Source: Paenibacillaceae bacterium ZCTH02-B3 (GTDB taxonomy: Bacteria; Bacillota; Bacilli; Paenibacillales; Paenibacillaceae). Taken from it: a stretch of DNA of 64,000 nt. Below are positions 9,298 through 18,814 of this stretch, piece after piece. The translations under genes and the position numbers were made by a program. The notes beneath the pieces were generated by a model that was not told the DNA's origin, searched no databases, and saw only the letters and a program-made list of their open reading frames with translations. The stretch covers positions 12,476 to 76,475 of the forward strand of contig LZRV01000077.1 of the NCBI GenBank assembly GCA_002159065.1, written 5' to 3'. Within the stretch, counting starts at the first letter, position 1. Every line of letters starts with the position of its first letter.

Positions 9298-10968
9298 ATG
9301 GCAAAACGATTGGCGATGGCGGCGCTTCTCGTCCTGCTCGTTCTCCTCTCGGGCTGCGACCGGAAAAACGCGGACGGCCCGGAAGGAAGCGCGCGCGCTT
9401 CGGATACGTTGAATCCCGCGGAACCCGGCGGAACGGACGCCGCCGGAGAAACCGCGACGCCCGAACTGCCCGGCGAAACTGCCGAACCCGCCGGACCGAC
9501 CGAACCCCCGGCCGTGCGGCCTTCCGACGCGTCGGAGGCGGGGCTTCCCGGCGACAACGCCGAGCTTGTCTGTTTTGACCCTGCGGAAACCGCGGCCGGA
9601 TGGAGATTGGTCGGGAAAGACTACGGTTTTGAGCTCGCGAGCGATCTGAGGGATGCCGCGATGGTGCAAACGCTGCTTTCGCCGCCTGACAGCGGGAACC
9701 CGCTGGTGGTTCAGCTCGCGCGGTGGAATCCGGACGGGCCGTCGGGACTTTTCCGCAAAGACGCCGTCATCCTCGATTTTTCGGACCGGAATGTGCCGGC
9801 ATGCACAGTGTACCCGCTGTTTGAAGCTTATGTCAACGACAGTTACAATGCCGATTCGGTGACGAACGCATTCGGTTTTCTCGACGCGGACCGTCTGCTT
9901 TACGTCGCCGCCGGAGATCACCCCGTCACAGGGGATCTGACGTACAAGGTGCGGACCCTCAATATCCGAACCGGACAGACCGAAGTGCTGTTTCCGGACA
10001 TCCCCGGCACGCCGATGGACGATTTTTTTGCCGACGGCTGGCTGACTGAAGACAAAAGCAAGCTGGTGCTGAACACATACCATTCCGGCAAGCTGTGGAC
10101 GCTCGATCTCGCCCGGCGCGAAGTCTGGCAGTCCGGACGGCTTTTCTCCCACGAATGGCCGTTAACCTTCATCCATCCTTCTCCCGACGGGAAGTTGTTC
10201 TGGTACACGGATATCGCAAGCGCAAAGTATCGGCTGCACACCGCTGATGGCGAACCGGTGGCGGAAATGCCGTTTCCGCCGGGATTCGACCAATACCCGC
10301 CGTTCCGCTGGTCGCCGGACGGGCGCTACGCCTCGTATGCCTATACACGCGACGTGTCCGAGAAACATATCGTCGGTTCCGACGAAATCTATCACATCGC
10401 GCCGCAGGAGGTTCGTTTCCTCGATCGCCGCGGCCGCACCTACCTGACCGTCAAAACGCCCGAAGGTTCCGGCGAATACGTGGAATCGGCCGCCTGGCTG
10501 GACGACGGCAAGGAAGTCTTGCTTCATTTCTTCAAGCTGGATCGCCCCATCCCAGGCCAGCGCCCGAAGAAAGTTACCCTAGGCTATGAACGGCTGCGCC
10601 CGGACACCGGGAAACGCACCGCCCTGCAAATCATCGCGAACGCCGAAGGCCCGGCCGGATGGGAAAATTCCGTCTACGTGCCTTCGATTACGGGAGACGG
10701 TTCACTCTACAGGATTGACCTCGCAAAAAACCGTCTAATGGTGGAACACAGCCACGCATACGGATTCCCGGTGCCGGACGCCGGCACCGGGGAATGGGCC
10801 TGGTACTCCTGGATCGAAGGGGAAGACGCCGTCATCCTTTACCGTTTCGACAAGGAAAAAAGAACGGCCGCGGTGTTCCATCCGGAATCACCATACGGCC
10901 GGTTGCCGGATGCGGTCGTCCTGGATTGGCTGATTGCGGGATCGTCCTATATCCGGCTGGGGAAATGA
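9298..10968 (+). CDS. Lipoprotein with TolB/PD40-like beta-propeller repeats
   Basis: Lipobox LVLLSGCD, then a Pro/Glu/Ala-rich linker. Repeats are of the form FRWSPDGRYASYAY and HPSPDGKLFWY. Confidence 0.75.
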   Translation: MAKRLAMAALLVLLVLLSGCDRKNADGPEGSARASDTLNPAEPGGTDAAGETATPELPGETAEPAGPTEPPAVRPSDASEAGLPGDNAELVCFDPAETAAGWRLVGKDYGFELASDLRDAAMVQTLLSPPDSGNPLVVQLARWNPDGPSGLFRKDAVILDFSDRNVPACTVYPLFEAYVNDSYNADSVTNAFGFLDADRLLYVAAGDHPVTGDLTYKVRTLNIRTGQTEVLFPDIPGTPMDDFFADGWLTEDKSKLVLNTYHSGKLWTLDLARREVWQSGRLFSHEWPLTFIHPSPDGKLFWYTDIASAKYRLHTADGEPVAEMPFPPGFDQYPPFRWSPDGRYASYAYTRDVSEKHIVGSDEIYHIAPQEVRFLDRRGRTYLTVKTPEGSGEYVESAAWLDDGKEVLLHFFKLDRPIPGQRPKKVTLGYERLRPDTGKRTALQIIANAEGPAGWENSVYVPSITGDGSLYRIDLAKNRLMVEHSHAYGFPVPDAGTGEWAWYSWIEGEDAVILYRFDKEKRTAAVFHPESPYGRLPDAVVLDWLIAGSSYIRLGK

Positions 10969-10973
10969 ATCCA

Positions 10974-11678
10974 TCATTGCCGCTCCTTCAATCTCCATAA
11001 AGCGTGGTACAAGCCGGAAAGCATGTCGAATCCCGCCGCCAGTTCGCTCACCAGGTCCGGGGAGAACAACAGATCGTCGATTCTCCGGTTGCAGACAAGA
11101 TAAAGGTTCTTGCGCGCGTACCATTTCAGAATCGACTCGGGCTTGGAACCGGCGTAAAGCTTCTTGTAGCATTCGCCTTCGATGACAAACGTCCGCTGCC
11201 GTTCATAGAACGCCACGGACCGCCGGAATTCTTCCGGCTCCTCGTCGATCCACGCGCGCAGCCTGTCCATCGTCTCTTTCCCGGCCGAATAAAATCCCAT
11301 GCCATACCGGTAAGATTCCGGCCGCAGCTCGAAAAAGAAACCGGGCGCGTCCTGCCATTCGCGGGACGGACGCTTGAACGTGAACCACATGCAGTCGCGG
11401 TACAGCGATTTGTCTTTGGAAAAGCGGGTGTCGCGGTGAATGCGCGAGATCGTTCGGTTCACGGCGGGCCACGTTTCGAGCAGGGGGTCGATTTCCAACA
11501 TTTGCCCGCTCAGATCGGACGCCAGAGCGCGCATCGGCTCCAGCAATGCCCGTTCGTAAACGGACCGGTGCCGTTCGAACCATTCCTTTGAATTGTTTTC
11601 GTGCACATCGCGCAAAAACTGCAGCGCCTCCGGGGTAAACCCGCGGAACAACCGCGGAACCGCCAGGGTCATGGCCAT
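10974..11678 (-). CDS. DUF2461 (TIGR02453-like) family protein
   Basis: Contains FLRDVHENNSKEWFERHRSVYE and RIHRDTRFSKDKSLY. GGAGGAA lies directly upstream of ATG 11678 (alternative start 11672). It is only the last 234 aa of the 537-aa track ORF. Confidence 0.8.
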   Translation of the reverse strand: MAMTLAVPRLFRGFTPEALQFLRDVHENNSKEWFERHRSVYERALLEPMRALASDLSGQMLEIDPLLETWPAVNRTISRIHRDTRFSKDKSLYRDCMWFTFKRPSREWQDAPGFFFELRPESYRYGMGFYSAGKETMDRLRAWIDEEPEEFRRSVAFYERQRTFVIEGECYKKLYAGSKPESILKWYARKNLYLVCNRRIDDLLFSPDLVSELAAGFDMLSGLYHALWRLKERQ

Positions 11679-11813
11679 TCCTCCCCGTCTGTTCCTCATG
11701 CGGAAATGGAATACTCGTTCTCCAGCTGGCGGCCGGACGCCGTGCGAATCCGGGACAGCAGCATCCAGACCACCATCAGCGTGATTCCCGCGGCCCCGAT
11801 GAACAGGGTCGCC

Positions 11814-12020
11814 CTCAATCCGGTCCACCCAAACGCCCACCGGCAAGGCAAACAGCAAAAACGGTAAGCCGCTCATGGATTGGAGCAGCCCGACCTGAAA
11901 GGGAGAAGCTTCCAGAAAGTAAACCGCCGTCAGCGGCAACGCGAACGCCGCGACATTGGAACCGAAAACGGAAAAGGTTTGCCCGATCCAGTATTTTGCA
12001 AATTCGCCGTCTTGCATCAT
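11814..12020 (-). pseudogene. Remnant of the N-terminus of an MFS transporter
   Basis: MMQDGEFAKYWIGQTFSVFGSNVAAFALPLTAVYFLEASPFQVGLLQSMSGLPFLLFALPVGVWVDR covers only TM1-TM2 of an MFS protein. It then reads through into unrelated sequence. Confidence 0.45.
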
Positions 12021-12137
12021 CAGCCGCAGTCTCATGCACAAACTCCCCGCCGTGTCGTTCGGTCCTTCTTCCGGCAGAGTCGCGTTCCTCCGCCGGTGCC
12101 CTTCACATTCTTTAAAACAGCGACTCCTGGATGACCC

Positions 12138-12611
12138 CCCCCCGGTTTCGATCCCGCATATACGCTTTAGTTCCGACAATGTCGCTTTTCCCGAACGGAA
12201 CTCTTCCGCCATCCGGACAAATGCCAGAGCCGCGCCGACCGCGTCGTGCAAAGCGTGGTGTTCGGCCGCGCCGCTCAGTACTTTGACCGCCTCGTCAAGA
12301 CCGTAATGGCGGACAAGATCCGGAAGACGATGGCGTGTCAAACCGGGGCTGAGCTTTCTTGACAATCTCATCGTGTCCAATACGGCCAGAACTTCCGGGT
12401 TCGGAATGTACCGGGTCAGGAGTTTCCAATCGATCCTCGCGTTATGGGCTACAAAAACGGCATGACGCAAACGCTCCGCGACAGAGCGTTCGATATCCGC
12501 AAATCTTGGAGCATCTTCCACCATCTCGTTCGTAATGTTATGCTTCAACCAAGGGAGCCGTTTGATGGGGGATTCGGGCTTGACCAAAGAATAGAACGGA
12601 CGGCGGTCCCC
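12138..12611 (-). pseudogene. N-terminally truncated DnaQ/PolC-type 3'-5' exonuclease remnant
   Basis: The Exo II/III region is present (ITNEMVEDAPRF, AVFVAHNARIDWKLL, HHALHDAVGAALAF). The Exo I DxE segment is missing, and an in-frame stop lies at 12612-12614. Confidence 0.5.
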
Positions 12612-12672
12612 CTAAGCAAGATATGGCGGGAACGGTCTTTTTACGGAAAACGCCGTTCCCCGGCCGGGAGGA

Positions 12673-13593
12673 ATGCCCGTGGGCGAAAGCCGCCTGTTTG
12701 AAATGTTGTACATCCTTCTCGACAAGCGGACCGTCACCGCGCGGGAACTCGCCGGACGGCTGGAAGTTTCGGTGCGCAACGTATACCGGGACGTCGAAAG
12801 GCTCAGCGCGGCGGGCATCCCCGTCTACATGAGCAAGGGCCGGGGCGGCGGCATCCGCCTGCTCGACGGCTTCGTGCTGGACAAGTCCATGCTTTCCCCG
12901 CGCGAACGGCGGGAAATCCTCTCCGCCCTGCACGGCCTGAGAGCCCTTCGCGATCCGGACGCCGGCGCGGTGCTGGAGAAGCTTGCCGCGATCTTCGGCG
13001 GCGGCCTCCCATGGGTGGATGTGGAGTTTTCCCACTGGGGAAGCCGGCGCGAGGAGGTCTTTGCCCTGCTCAAAAACGCGATCATCGAACGCCGTACGGT
13101 CGAGTTCGAATATATCGGCTCCTCCGGCGAGAAGTCGGCCCGGGAAGCGGAGCCCCTCCAGCTTTGGTTCAAACACCGGACCTGGTACCTCAAGGCCTAC
13201 TGCCTGAAGAAGCAGGCTTATCGCATCTTCAAGCTGAGCCGCATGAAAAACGTGCGCATGACACCCCGCGTTTGCGAGCGGCAAATCCGGGACGCGGCCG
13301 TCTGGCCGGATCCGGAGGACGTCCGTTCCGCCCGCGAATCGGAGGTCGTGCTGCGCCTTTCTCCATCCGCCGCCCCCCGCGTCTGCGACGAATTCGACGA
13401 ATCCGAATATGTCCGGCACGAAGACGGCTCGTTTACGGTCAGGGTCACCTGCCCGGAAGACGAATGGGTGTACGGGTACGTGCTGTCCTTCGGAGACCGG
13501 GCGGAAGTGATCGCTCCACGGCATGTCAGGGACAACATCCGGGCGAGGCTGGAAAACATGCTGCGGATCTATCGCGGGGACGAAACCCTGTAA
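12673..13593 (+). CDS. YafY-family transcriptional regulator (HTH + WYL domain)
   Basis: N-terminal HTH RLFEMLYILLDKRTVTARELAGRLEVSVRNVYRDVERLSAAGIPV. WYL-type core RTWYLKAYCLKKQAYRIFKLSRM. Confidence 0.85.
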   Translation: MPVGESRLFEMLYILLDKRTVTARELAGRLEVSVRNVYRDVERLSAAGIPVYMSKGRGGGIRLLDGFVLDKSMLSPRERREILSALHGLRALRDPDAGAVLEKLAAIFGGGLPWVDVEFSHWGSRREEVFALLKNAIIERRTVEFEYIGSSGEKSAREAEPLQLWFKHRTWYLKAYCLKKQAYRIFKLSRMKNVRMTPRVCERQIRDAAVWPDPEDVRSARESEVVLRLSPSAAPRVCDEFDESEYVRHEDGSFTVRVTCPEDEWVYGYVLSFGDRAEVIAPRHVRDNIRARLENMLRIYRGDETL

Positions 13594-13668
13594 AATATGA
13601 CATATCGTTGTCATATTTAATGGGGTAAGCTGTTCTTGATCCAATCGGGAACAAAGGAGAGAACGGCT

Positions 13669-14292
13669 GTGGCGAAAACGGTCGATTACAAAAAAGATTT
13701 CAAACACCTGTACCTGCCGCCCGCATCCCCGGTCATCGTCGAAGTGCCGCCGATGCCCTTTCTCGCCCTGGACGGCGCCGGCGACCCGAACGGCGAAGCG
13801 TTCGCCCGGCGGACGGAAGCGCTGTACGCCCTGAGCTACGCCGTCAAGATGTCGCACCGCGGCGAACAGGTTCCGGAAGGGTACTACGACTACAAGGTGT
13901 TCCCCCTTGAAGGAGTTTGGGACCTGATGGACTACGCCAAGCCGGCGACGGACAAAAACAACCTCAAATACACGATCATGATCCGCCAGCCGGATTTCCT
14001 GACCGAAGCGCTCCTGGAACGGTTCCGCGAACAGACGAAACGCAAAAAGCCCAACCCGTTTCTGGACAAAGTCCGGCTGATCCGCATGGAAGACGGGCTC
14101 TGCTGCCAGATGCTGCACATCGGCCCCTATGACGACGAACCGGCAAGCTTCGCGCGGATGGAAGCGTATTGCGCGGACAACGGGTATGTCCGGATCGAGC
14201 GGACGCACCGGGAAATTTACCTGTCCGATCCCCGCAAGACCGAACCGGCAAAGCTGAGAACGGTACTCCGGTTCCGGGTGCAAAAACGCTGA
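13669..14292 (+). CDS. GyrI-like small-molecule-binding domain protein
   Basis: AAAGGAGAG lies 7 nt before GTG 13669. Motifs include DYKKDFKHLYLP, PFLALDGAGDPNG and CQMLHIGPYDDEP. Pairing with a YafY regulator is common. Confidence 0.75.
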   Translation: MAKTVDYKKDFKHLYLPPASPVIVEVPPMPFLALDGAGDPNGEAFARRTEALYALSYAVKMSHRGEQVPEGYYDYKVFPLEGVWDLMDYAKPATDKNNLKYTIMIRQPDFLTEALLERFREQTKRKKPNPFLDKVRLIRMEDGLCCQMLHIGPYDDEPASFARMEAYCADNGYVRIERTHREIYLSDPRKTEPAKLRTVLRFRVQKR

Positions 14293-14318
14293 AGAGGCAG
14301 GCGCGGGCCTGCCTCTTC
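14291..14318 (+). terminator. Hairpin terminator after the GyrI-like gene
   Basis: Perfect 12-bp stem GAAGAGGCAGGC-gcgg-GCCTGCCTCTTC overlapping the stop codon. The downstream T-tract is weak. Confidence 0.55.
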
Positions 14319-14556
14319 GTGCCTGCTCATTCGTCTTTGCCCTTCGATGATCCGCCCCTCGCAAACCCATCCCCGCACCTCCTTCACGCCCCGCCTTCGG
14401 CCCGCTTCGGGTACTCGCCCCTTCCCGGCATCGAAAATCCGAGGATCGCCGAACCGCGCTTGCGTCACGCCCGCTCCGGGATGCAAGTTATGGATTTAGT
14501 CGGTGCACTATTTTATATAATTTATTAACTCAATATAATCTTTTATATAACATATA

Positions 14557-14586
14557 TTGCAGCCACCGAGATTTATGTTATATAAT
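14557..14586 (+). promoter_or_regulatory. Sigma-A-like promoter inside the AT-rich island
   Basis: TTGCAG (14557-14562), 18-nt spacer, TATAAT (14581-14586), about 50 nt before ATG 14637. It is surrounded by three TTTTATATAA copies. Confidence 0.45.
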
Positions 14587-14636
14587 TTGTCCATATAAAA
14601 TTTATTTTATATAAAAATAAAAAGGAGGCTGCGATC

Positions 14637-14864
14637 ATGAACTGTCCGGTGTGCCAGGGAAGCGGAGAACTGGAACTGCCCGCCCGCGGCATCGTCCCCG
14701 GCTTCGGACGCGGCTCCGGATTCCGCGCCGGGAACGGTTTTGAACACGGCTCCGGCGGCGAAACATCAGGCCCGGGAACCGGAGACGGCCCGCGGGAACA
14801 CAGCGGCGTATTCCTCGCCTGTTACCGCTGCGGCGGAAGCGGAGTCCTGGAAGATTGGGAGTAA
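14637..14864 (+). CDS. Small protein with two DnaJ-type CxxCxGSG zinc-knuckle motifs separated by a Gly-rich linker
   Basis: RBS AAAGGAGG lies 8 nt upstream. The sequence is MNCPVCQGSGELE...(Gly/Ser/Pro-rich 45 aa)...ACYRCGGSGVLEDWE. Confidence 0.6.
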   Translation: MNCPVCQGSGELELPARGIVPGFGRGSGFRAGNGFEHGSGGETSGPGTGDGPREHSGVFLACYRCGGSGVLEDWE

Positions 14865-15063
14865 ATGCGGGACCAAGAGGACAGGGGGGAAGACTCGCCG
14901 GAACAAAGGCGCCAAGATATTCGGACACGGGTCGAAGAATTGGGGCGAAAACGGCAATCCCCCCGGTACCGGGGGGATCGTCAGGCCATCCAGCGCCGAG
15001 ACCGTGATGCGGCCGCGCGGTTCGGTGAGAGTGGAGCATGGACTGGCCAAAACATCCGCATGA

Positions 15064-15477
15064 TCACGATTCCGCTTCATCCCGCTTCAGGTACGGCCTT
15101 AGCCTGTCCGCGATTTCCGGTTCGAGCGGCAGGGAAGCCTTCGCCTCCCTGTCGTAGCGGACCATGACAGTTTCCGCCCTTGCGGCGACGGCGCCGTCTT
15201 CGGTCAGCATTTCATGCCGCAAGGTGACGCTCTTGTTGCCGATGCGGGCGACCCAGCTGCGGATCCGGACGGTCTGCCTGGGATAGAGCGGGCGCAGATA
15301 ATCGCAGCGGACGGAGGCGACGACGAATTTGACCGGCTCGCCGTCCCTGGTGATTCCCGTGTCATGAAAAAAATCGGCCCGGGCCACTTCCAGGTAGGCA
15401 ATGTAGCTCGTGTTGTTGATGTGGCCCATGATGTCCGATTCGTAGTAACGCGTCTTCAGCGACGTTTCATGAAACAT
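15064..15477 (-). CDS. Acyl-CoA thioesterase, 4HBT/YbgC-like hotdog fold
   Basis: The sequence from ATG 15477 reads MFHETSLKTRYYESDIMGHINNTSYIAYLEVARADFF.... The track ORF (252 aa) has a spurious 115-aa Arg/Gly-rich N-terminal extension. Confidence 0.85.
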   Translation of the reverse strand: MFHETSLKTRYYESDIMGHINNTSYIAYLEVARADFFHDTGITRDGEPVKFVVASVRCDYLRPLYPRQTVRIRSWVARIGNKSVTLRHEMLTEDGAVAARAETVMVRYDREAKASLPLEPEIADRLRPYLKRDEAES

Positions 15478-15842
15478 GCGGCGGAGCCCCCTTGCCTGTC
15501 TTGCCGCGGTCTCCGGATGACCGGGAGCTTCTTCCGTTTTCCATGTCCCATTATATCCCGTCGTCCCCCTGGTTCGCAAAACGCCAAATCCGCCGGCTCC
15601 GGCGCCGCGCGCCCCGAAAAGGTCCGGTTCTTTCCGTCCGGACGCCCCATGCTCGCCAAAACGCCCCTTTGGCAGGGTTATGCGCCAATCCCCCACGAAG
15701 GATCGTTTACCGGCAACGCCCGCTTCCCGCCCCGACCGCACGGAACGTTTGTCCCGCCGGCCGGCATCGAATTTCCTGCCTGTGGTAAAATATCGGGTGG
15801 ATTTTTTCCGATCCGAAACCAATGCGGTGGGAGTGAGCGAAC

Positions 15843-16892
15843 GTGAGAATCGGCATACTGGCCCCCGTCACCTGGCGCACGCCGCCGCGCAAATACGGCC
15901 CTTGGGAGCAGGTCTGCGCCAACCTGGCGGACGGACTTGCGGAACGGGGGCACGAAGTGTACCTTTTCGCCACCGGCGATTCCGTCACGAAAGCCAGGCT
16001 CGAATGGGTGTGCCCGGTCCCGCTGGGCGAGCATCCGGAGCTTCCCTCGCGCCCCTGGGAGCTGATCCACATCGGATTCGCGCTGAAGCGGGCCGACGAG
16101 CTGGAACTGGACGTGCTGCACAATCACATGAACTACCTCACGCTGCCGTTCGCCCGGCTCATCCGCACCCCCGTCGTGACCACCCTGCACGGCGCGGCCC
16201 TCCTGGAAGCCGACTCCCGCGAAGCTTACCGGCGTTTCCCGGACATGCCCTATATCTCCATCAGCCACGCGGAACGGGAAGGCTGCCCCGAGCTTCGATA
16301 CATCGCAAACGTGTACAACGGCATCCGGCTGGAGCAGTTCGATTTCGTCGACCGGCCGGGAGACTACCTTCTGTTCATCGGGCGCATCTGCCCGGACAAG
16401 GGGACGGATCTCGCGGTGGAACTGGCGCGCCGGACGGGCCTTCCCCTGGTCATCGCCGGACTCGTGCCGGGCGGGGAAGAGGCGTTTTTCGAGGAAAAAA
16501 TCCGACCCTGGATCGACGGCCAACAAATTCGTTTCGTCGGCGAGGTGGGTCCCGTGGAGAGGAACCGCCTGATGGGCGGCGCTTTGGCGCTCCTGCACCT
16601 CGTCCGCGCGCCGGAACCCTTCGGCCTGGTCATGGCCGAGGCGATGGCCTGCGGCACGCCGGTGATCGGCTTCGGCCGGGGCTCCGTGCCGGAAGTGGTG
16701 GAACACGGACGGACCGGCTTCGTCGTGGCCGACCTGGACGAAGCCGCCGCGTGCGTCGGACGCCTGTCCGAAATCCGGCGGCGGGACTGCCGGGATCGGG
16801 TGGAACGGCTGTTCACGGTGGAACGCATGGTGGAAGGTTACGAAGCGGCGTACCGGTCCCTTCTTTCTTCCCACGCAGACCCGTCCACCTGA
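15843..16892 (+). CDS. Glycosyltransferase family 4 (GT-B fold)
   Basis: GTG start. Motifs include RIGILAPVTWRTPPRKYGPWEQV, EPFGLVMAEAMACGTPVIGF and VPEVVEHGRTGFVV (E-x7-E type motif). Confidence 0.85.
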   Translation: MRIGILAPVTWRTPPRKYGPWEQVCANLADGLAERGHEVYLFATGDSVTKARLEWVCPVPLGEHPELPSRPWELIHIGFALKRADELELDVLHNHMNYLTLPFARLIRTPVVTTLHGAALLEADSREAYRRFPDMPYISISHAEREGCPELRYIANVYNGIRLEQFDFVDRPGDYLLFIGRICPDKGTDLAVELARRTGLPLVIAGLVPGGEEAFFEEKIRPWIDGQQIRFVGEVGPVERNRLMGGALALLHLVRAPEPFGLVMAEAMACGTPVIGFGRGSVPEVVEHGRTGFVVADLDEAAACVGRLSEIRRRDCRDRVERLFTVERMVEGYEAAYRSLLSSHADPST

Positions 16893-16959
16893 TTTTTCGA
16901 CGCCCATATTAAAACGGCAAGCCGCTTCTTCCCGCCAAAAGAAGGCGGGACCCGGTCAC

Positions 16960-17838
16960 TCACGCGGCTTGCCGTTGTTTGTTTTTCCACTTTTTGGCGA
17001 TGATGCCGTGCCGGGGCGAAAACAGGATGCTGACCAGGAAAATCACGCCCGTGGTGAACGCCATCGTGCCGGACACCGACGTATCCAGCAGATACGCGAC
17101 GTAATAGCCCGGGAAGGCGGACAGCACGCCGAAGGCGCAGGCGAGCGCCATCATGACGGACAGCCGCTCCGTCCACAGATACGCCGCGGCGGCCGGGGTG
17201 ATCAGCATTGCGAGGGTCAGAATCGCGCCCACCGCGTCGAAGGCGGCGACGGCGGTCATGGAGGTCATCGCCATCAGGACGTAGTGCATGAGCGCCACCG
17301 GGAAGCCCAGGCTTGCGGCAAGGGCGGGATCGAAGGTGGTGATCTTCCATTCTTTATAAAACAGGATGATGAGCGCCAGCACCGCCAGGCTGACCACCGC
17401 CAGCAGAAACGTCGCTTCCGGCACGCTCCCGAACAGCGGAAGCTCGATGCGCTCCCAGGGAATGAACAGAATTTCCCCCATCAGCGCGTGCTGCACGTCG
17501 AGATGCACATTGCCGACCCGGGTAGCGATCAGGGCCACGCCGATGGCAAACAAGGTGGTGAAGACGACGCCGATGGAAGCCTCCTGGCGCACGCCCCGGT
17601 CGTGGAACCATTCCACCAGCAGCGCGGTCGCGAGCCCCGCCGCCATGGCGCCGATCACCATATGCGGCCCGCTCAGCTGACGGGTAAGAAGATAGGCGGC
17701 GACGATGCCGATCAGCACGGTGTGGCTGATGGCATCCGCCATCATCGCCATCCGCCGCAGGATGAGCAGCGTCCCCACCAATCCGCAGGAAAGCCCCACC
17801 AGCGCCGCCGTCAACAATATCCAGCCGTCGTAGCTCAT
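16960..17838 (-). CDS. mntD: Metal (Mn/Zn) ABC transporter permease, ABC-3 family
   Basis: From ATG 17838 the sequence reads MSYDGWILLTAALVGLSCGLVGTLLILRRMAMMADAISHTVL.... It is the fourth gene of an SBP-ATPase-permease-permease operon, as in B. subtilis mntABCD. Confidence 0.8.
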   Translation of the reverse strand: MSYDGWILLTAALVGLSCGLVGTLLILRRMAMMADAISHTVLIGIVAAYLLTRQLSGPHMVIGAMAAGLATALLVEWFHDRGVRQEASIGVVFTTLFAIGVALIATRVGNVHLDVQHALMGEILFIPWERIELPLFGSVPEATFLLAVVSLAVLALIILFYKEWKITTFDPALAASLGFPVALMHYVLMAMTSMTAVAAFDAVGAILTLAMLITPAAAAYLWTERLSVMMALACAFGVLSAFPGYYVAYLLDTSVSGTMAFTTGVIFLVSILFSPRHGIIAKKWKNKQRQAA

Positions 17839-17911
17839 CGCGGATCGTCCTTTTCGTCGGGATGTGTCGTCAAATCGACGGGATTGCCTCCGCAACGCGC
17901 CGAAGTTCCCG

Positions 17912-18814
17912 TCAGAACGCCCCCGGGGCGCTCCGGCGGCGCATCCGCCTTTTCCGGATATACAGCTGCAAGGCGCCGACCAGCACTCCTTTTCTCCCTC
18001 CGAAAGCCAGGGAAACAAGGAACAGGACGGCCGCGGCGATGACGATGAACGGTCCCGTCGGCCAGCCTTCGCCCATCGTGCTGACCAGCGTGCCGGTTGC
18101 GCCCGCCGCCCCGCCAAACAGCGCCGACAATGCGATCATGGCGCCGAAGGAATGCGTCCAGTAGCGGGCGCTCACGGCGGGGATGATGAACAGCGCGGCC
18201 ATCAGGATGACCCCGACGGCCTGGATGCCGATGACAATGACCAGCACCACCACGGCCAGATAGGCGGCGTCCATCAGGCGCCCCGGCAGGCCGAGCCCCC
18301 TGGCAAACAGCGGATCGAACAGCCAGAGCTTCCATTCCTTGAAGAACAGGATCGTCACGATCAGGACCGTGAGGGCCAGGCCCGCCATGGCGTACACGTC
18401 CTTGCGCACCATGGAGGCGGCCTGCCCGAAAATGAAGCTGTCCAGCCCGGCCTGGTTCCCGCCCGGCAGGCGGTTGACGATGGTGAGAAGCATGATGCCG
18501 AGGCCGAAAAACACGGACAGCACGATGCCCATCGCCGTGTCTTCCTTCACGCGGCTGTGGTCGCGGATCCCCACCACCAGCCATGCGCCGAGCAGGGCGC
18601 TGGCCGCCGCTCCGGCGATCATGAGCGGCACGCTTTTCGCGCCTGCCAGGATGAATCCGACGACCACGCCCGGCAGCGCCGCGTGAGAAAGCGCATCGGA
18701 CAGGAGGCTGTGCCTTTTCCAATAGGCAAGACACCCGACGATGCCCGAGGCCGCGCCCAGGATCAGCGTGCTGAACAGCACCCATTGTGCGTTGGGAGAG
18801 AGCGCGGGGATCAC
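17912..18814 (-). CDS. mntC: Metal (Mn/Zn) ABC transporter permease, ABC-3 family
   Basis: Contains LILGAASGIVGCLAYWKRHSLLSDALSHAALPG. It overlaps the ATPase gene by 4 nt. Confidence 0.8.
   Translation of the reverse strand: MIPALSPNAQWVLFSTLILGAASGIVGCLAYWKRHSLLSDALSHAALPGVVVGFILAGAKSVPLMIAGAAASALLGAWLVVGIRDHSRVKEDTAMGIVLSVFFGLGIMLLTIVNRLPGGNQAGLDSFIFGQAASMVRKDVYAMAGLALTVLIVTILFFKEWKLWLFDPLFARGLGLPGRLMDAAYLAVVVLVIVIGIQAVGVILMAALFIIPAVSARYWTHSFGAMIALSALFGGAAGATGTLVSTMGEGWPTGPFIVIAAAVLFLVSLAFGGRKGVLVGALQLYIRKRRMRRRSAPGAF

Noticed and set aside
10974-12587. Single 537-aa multidomain protein (exonuclease-MFS-DUF2461 fusion)
   Set aside because: The three parts are fragments of unrelated families joined by non-homologous Arg/Gly-rich linkers. 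The DUF2461 part has its own RBS and start. It is interpreted as one intact gene plus two remnants.
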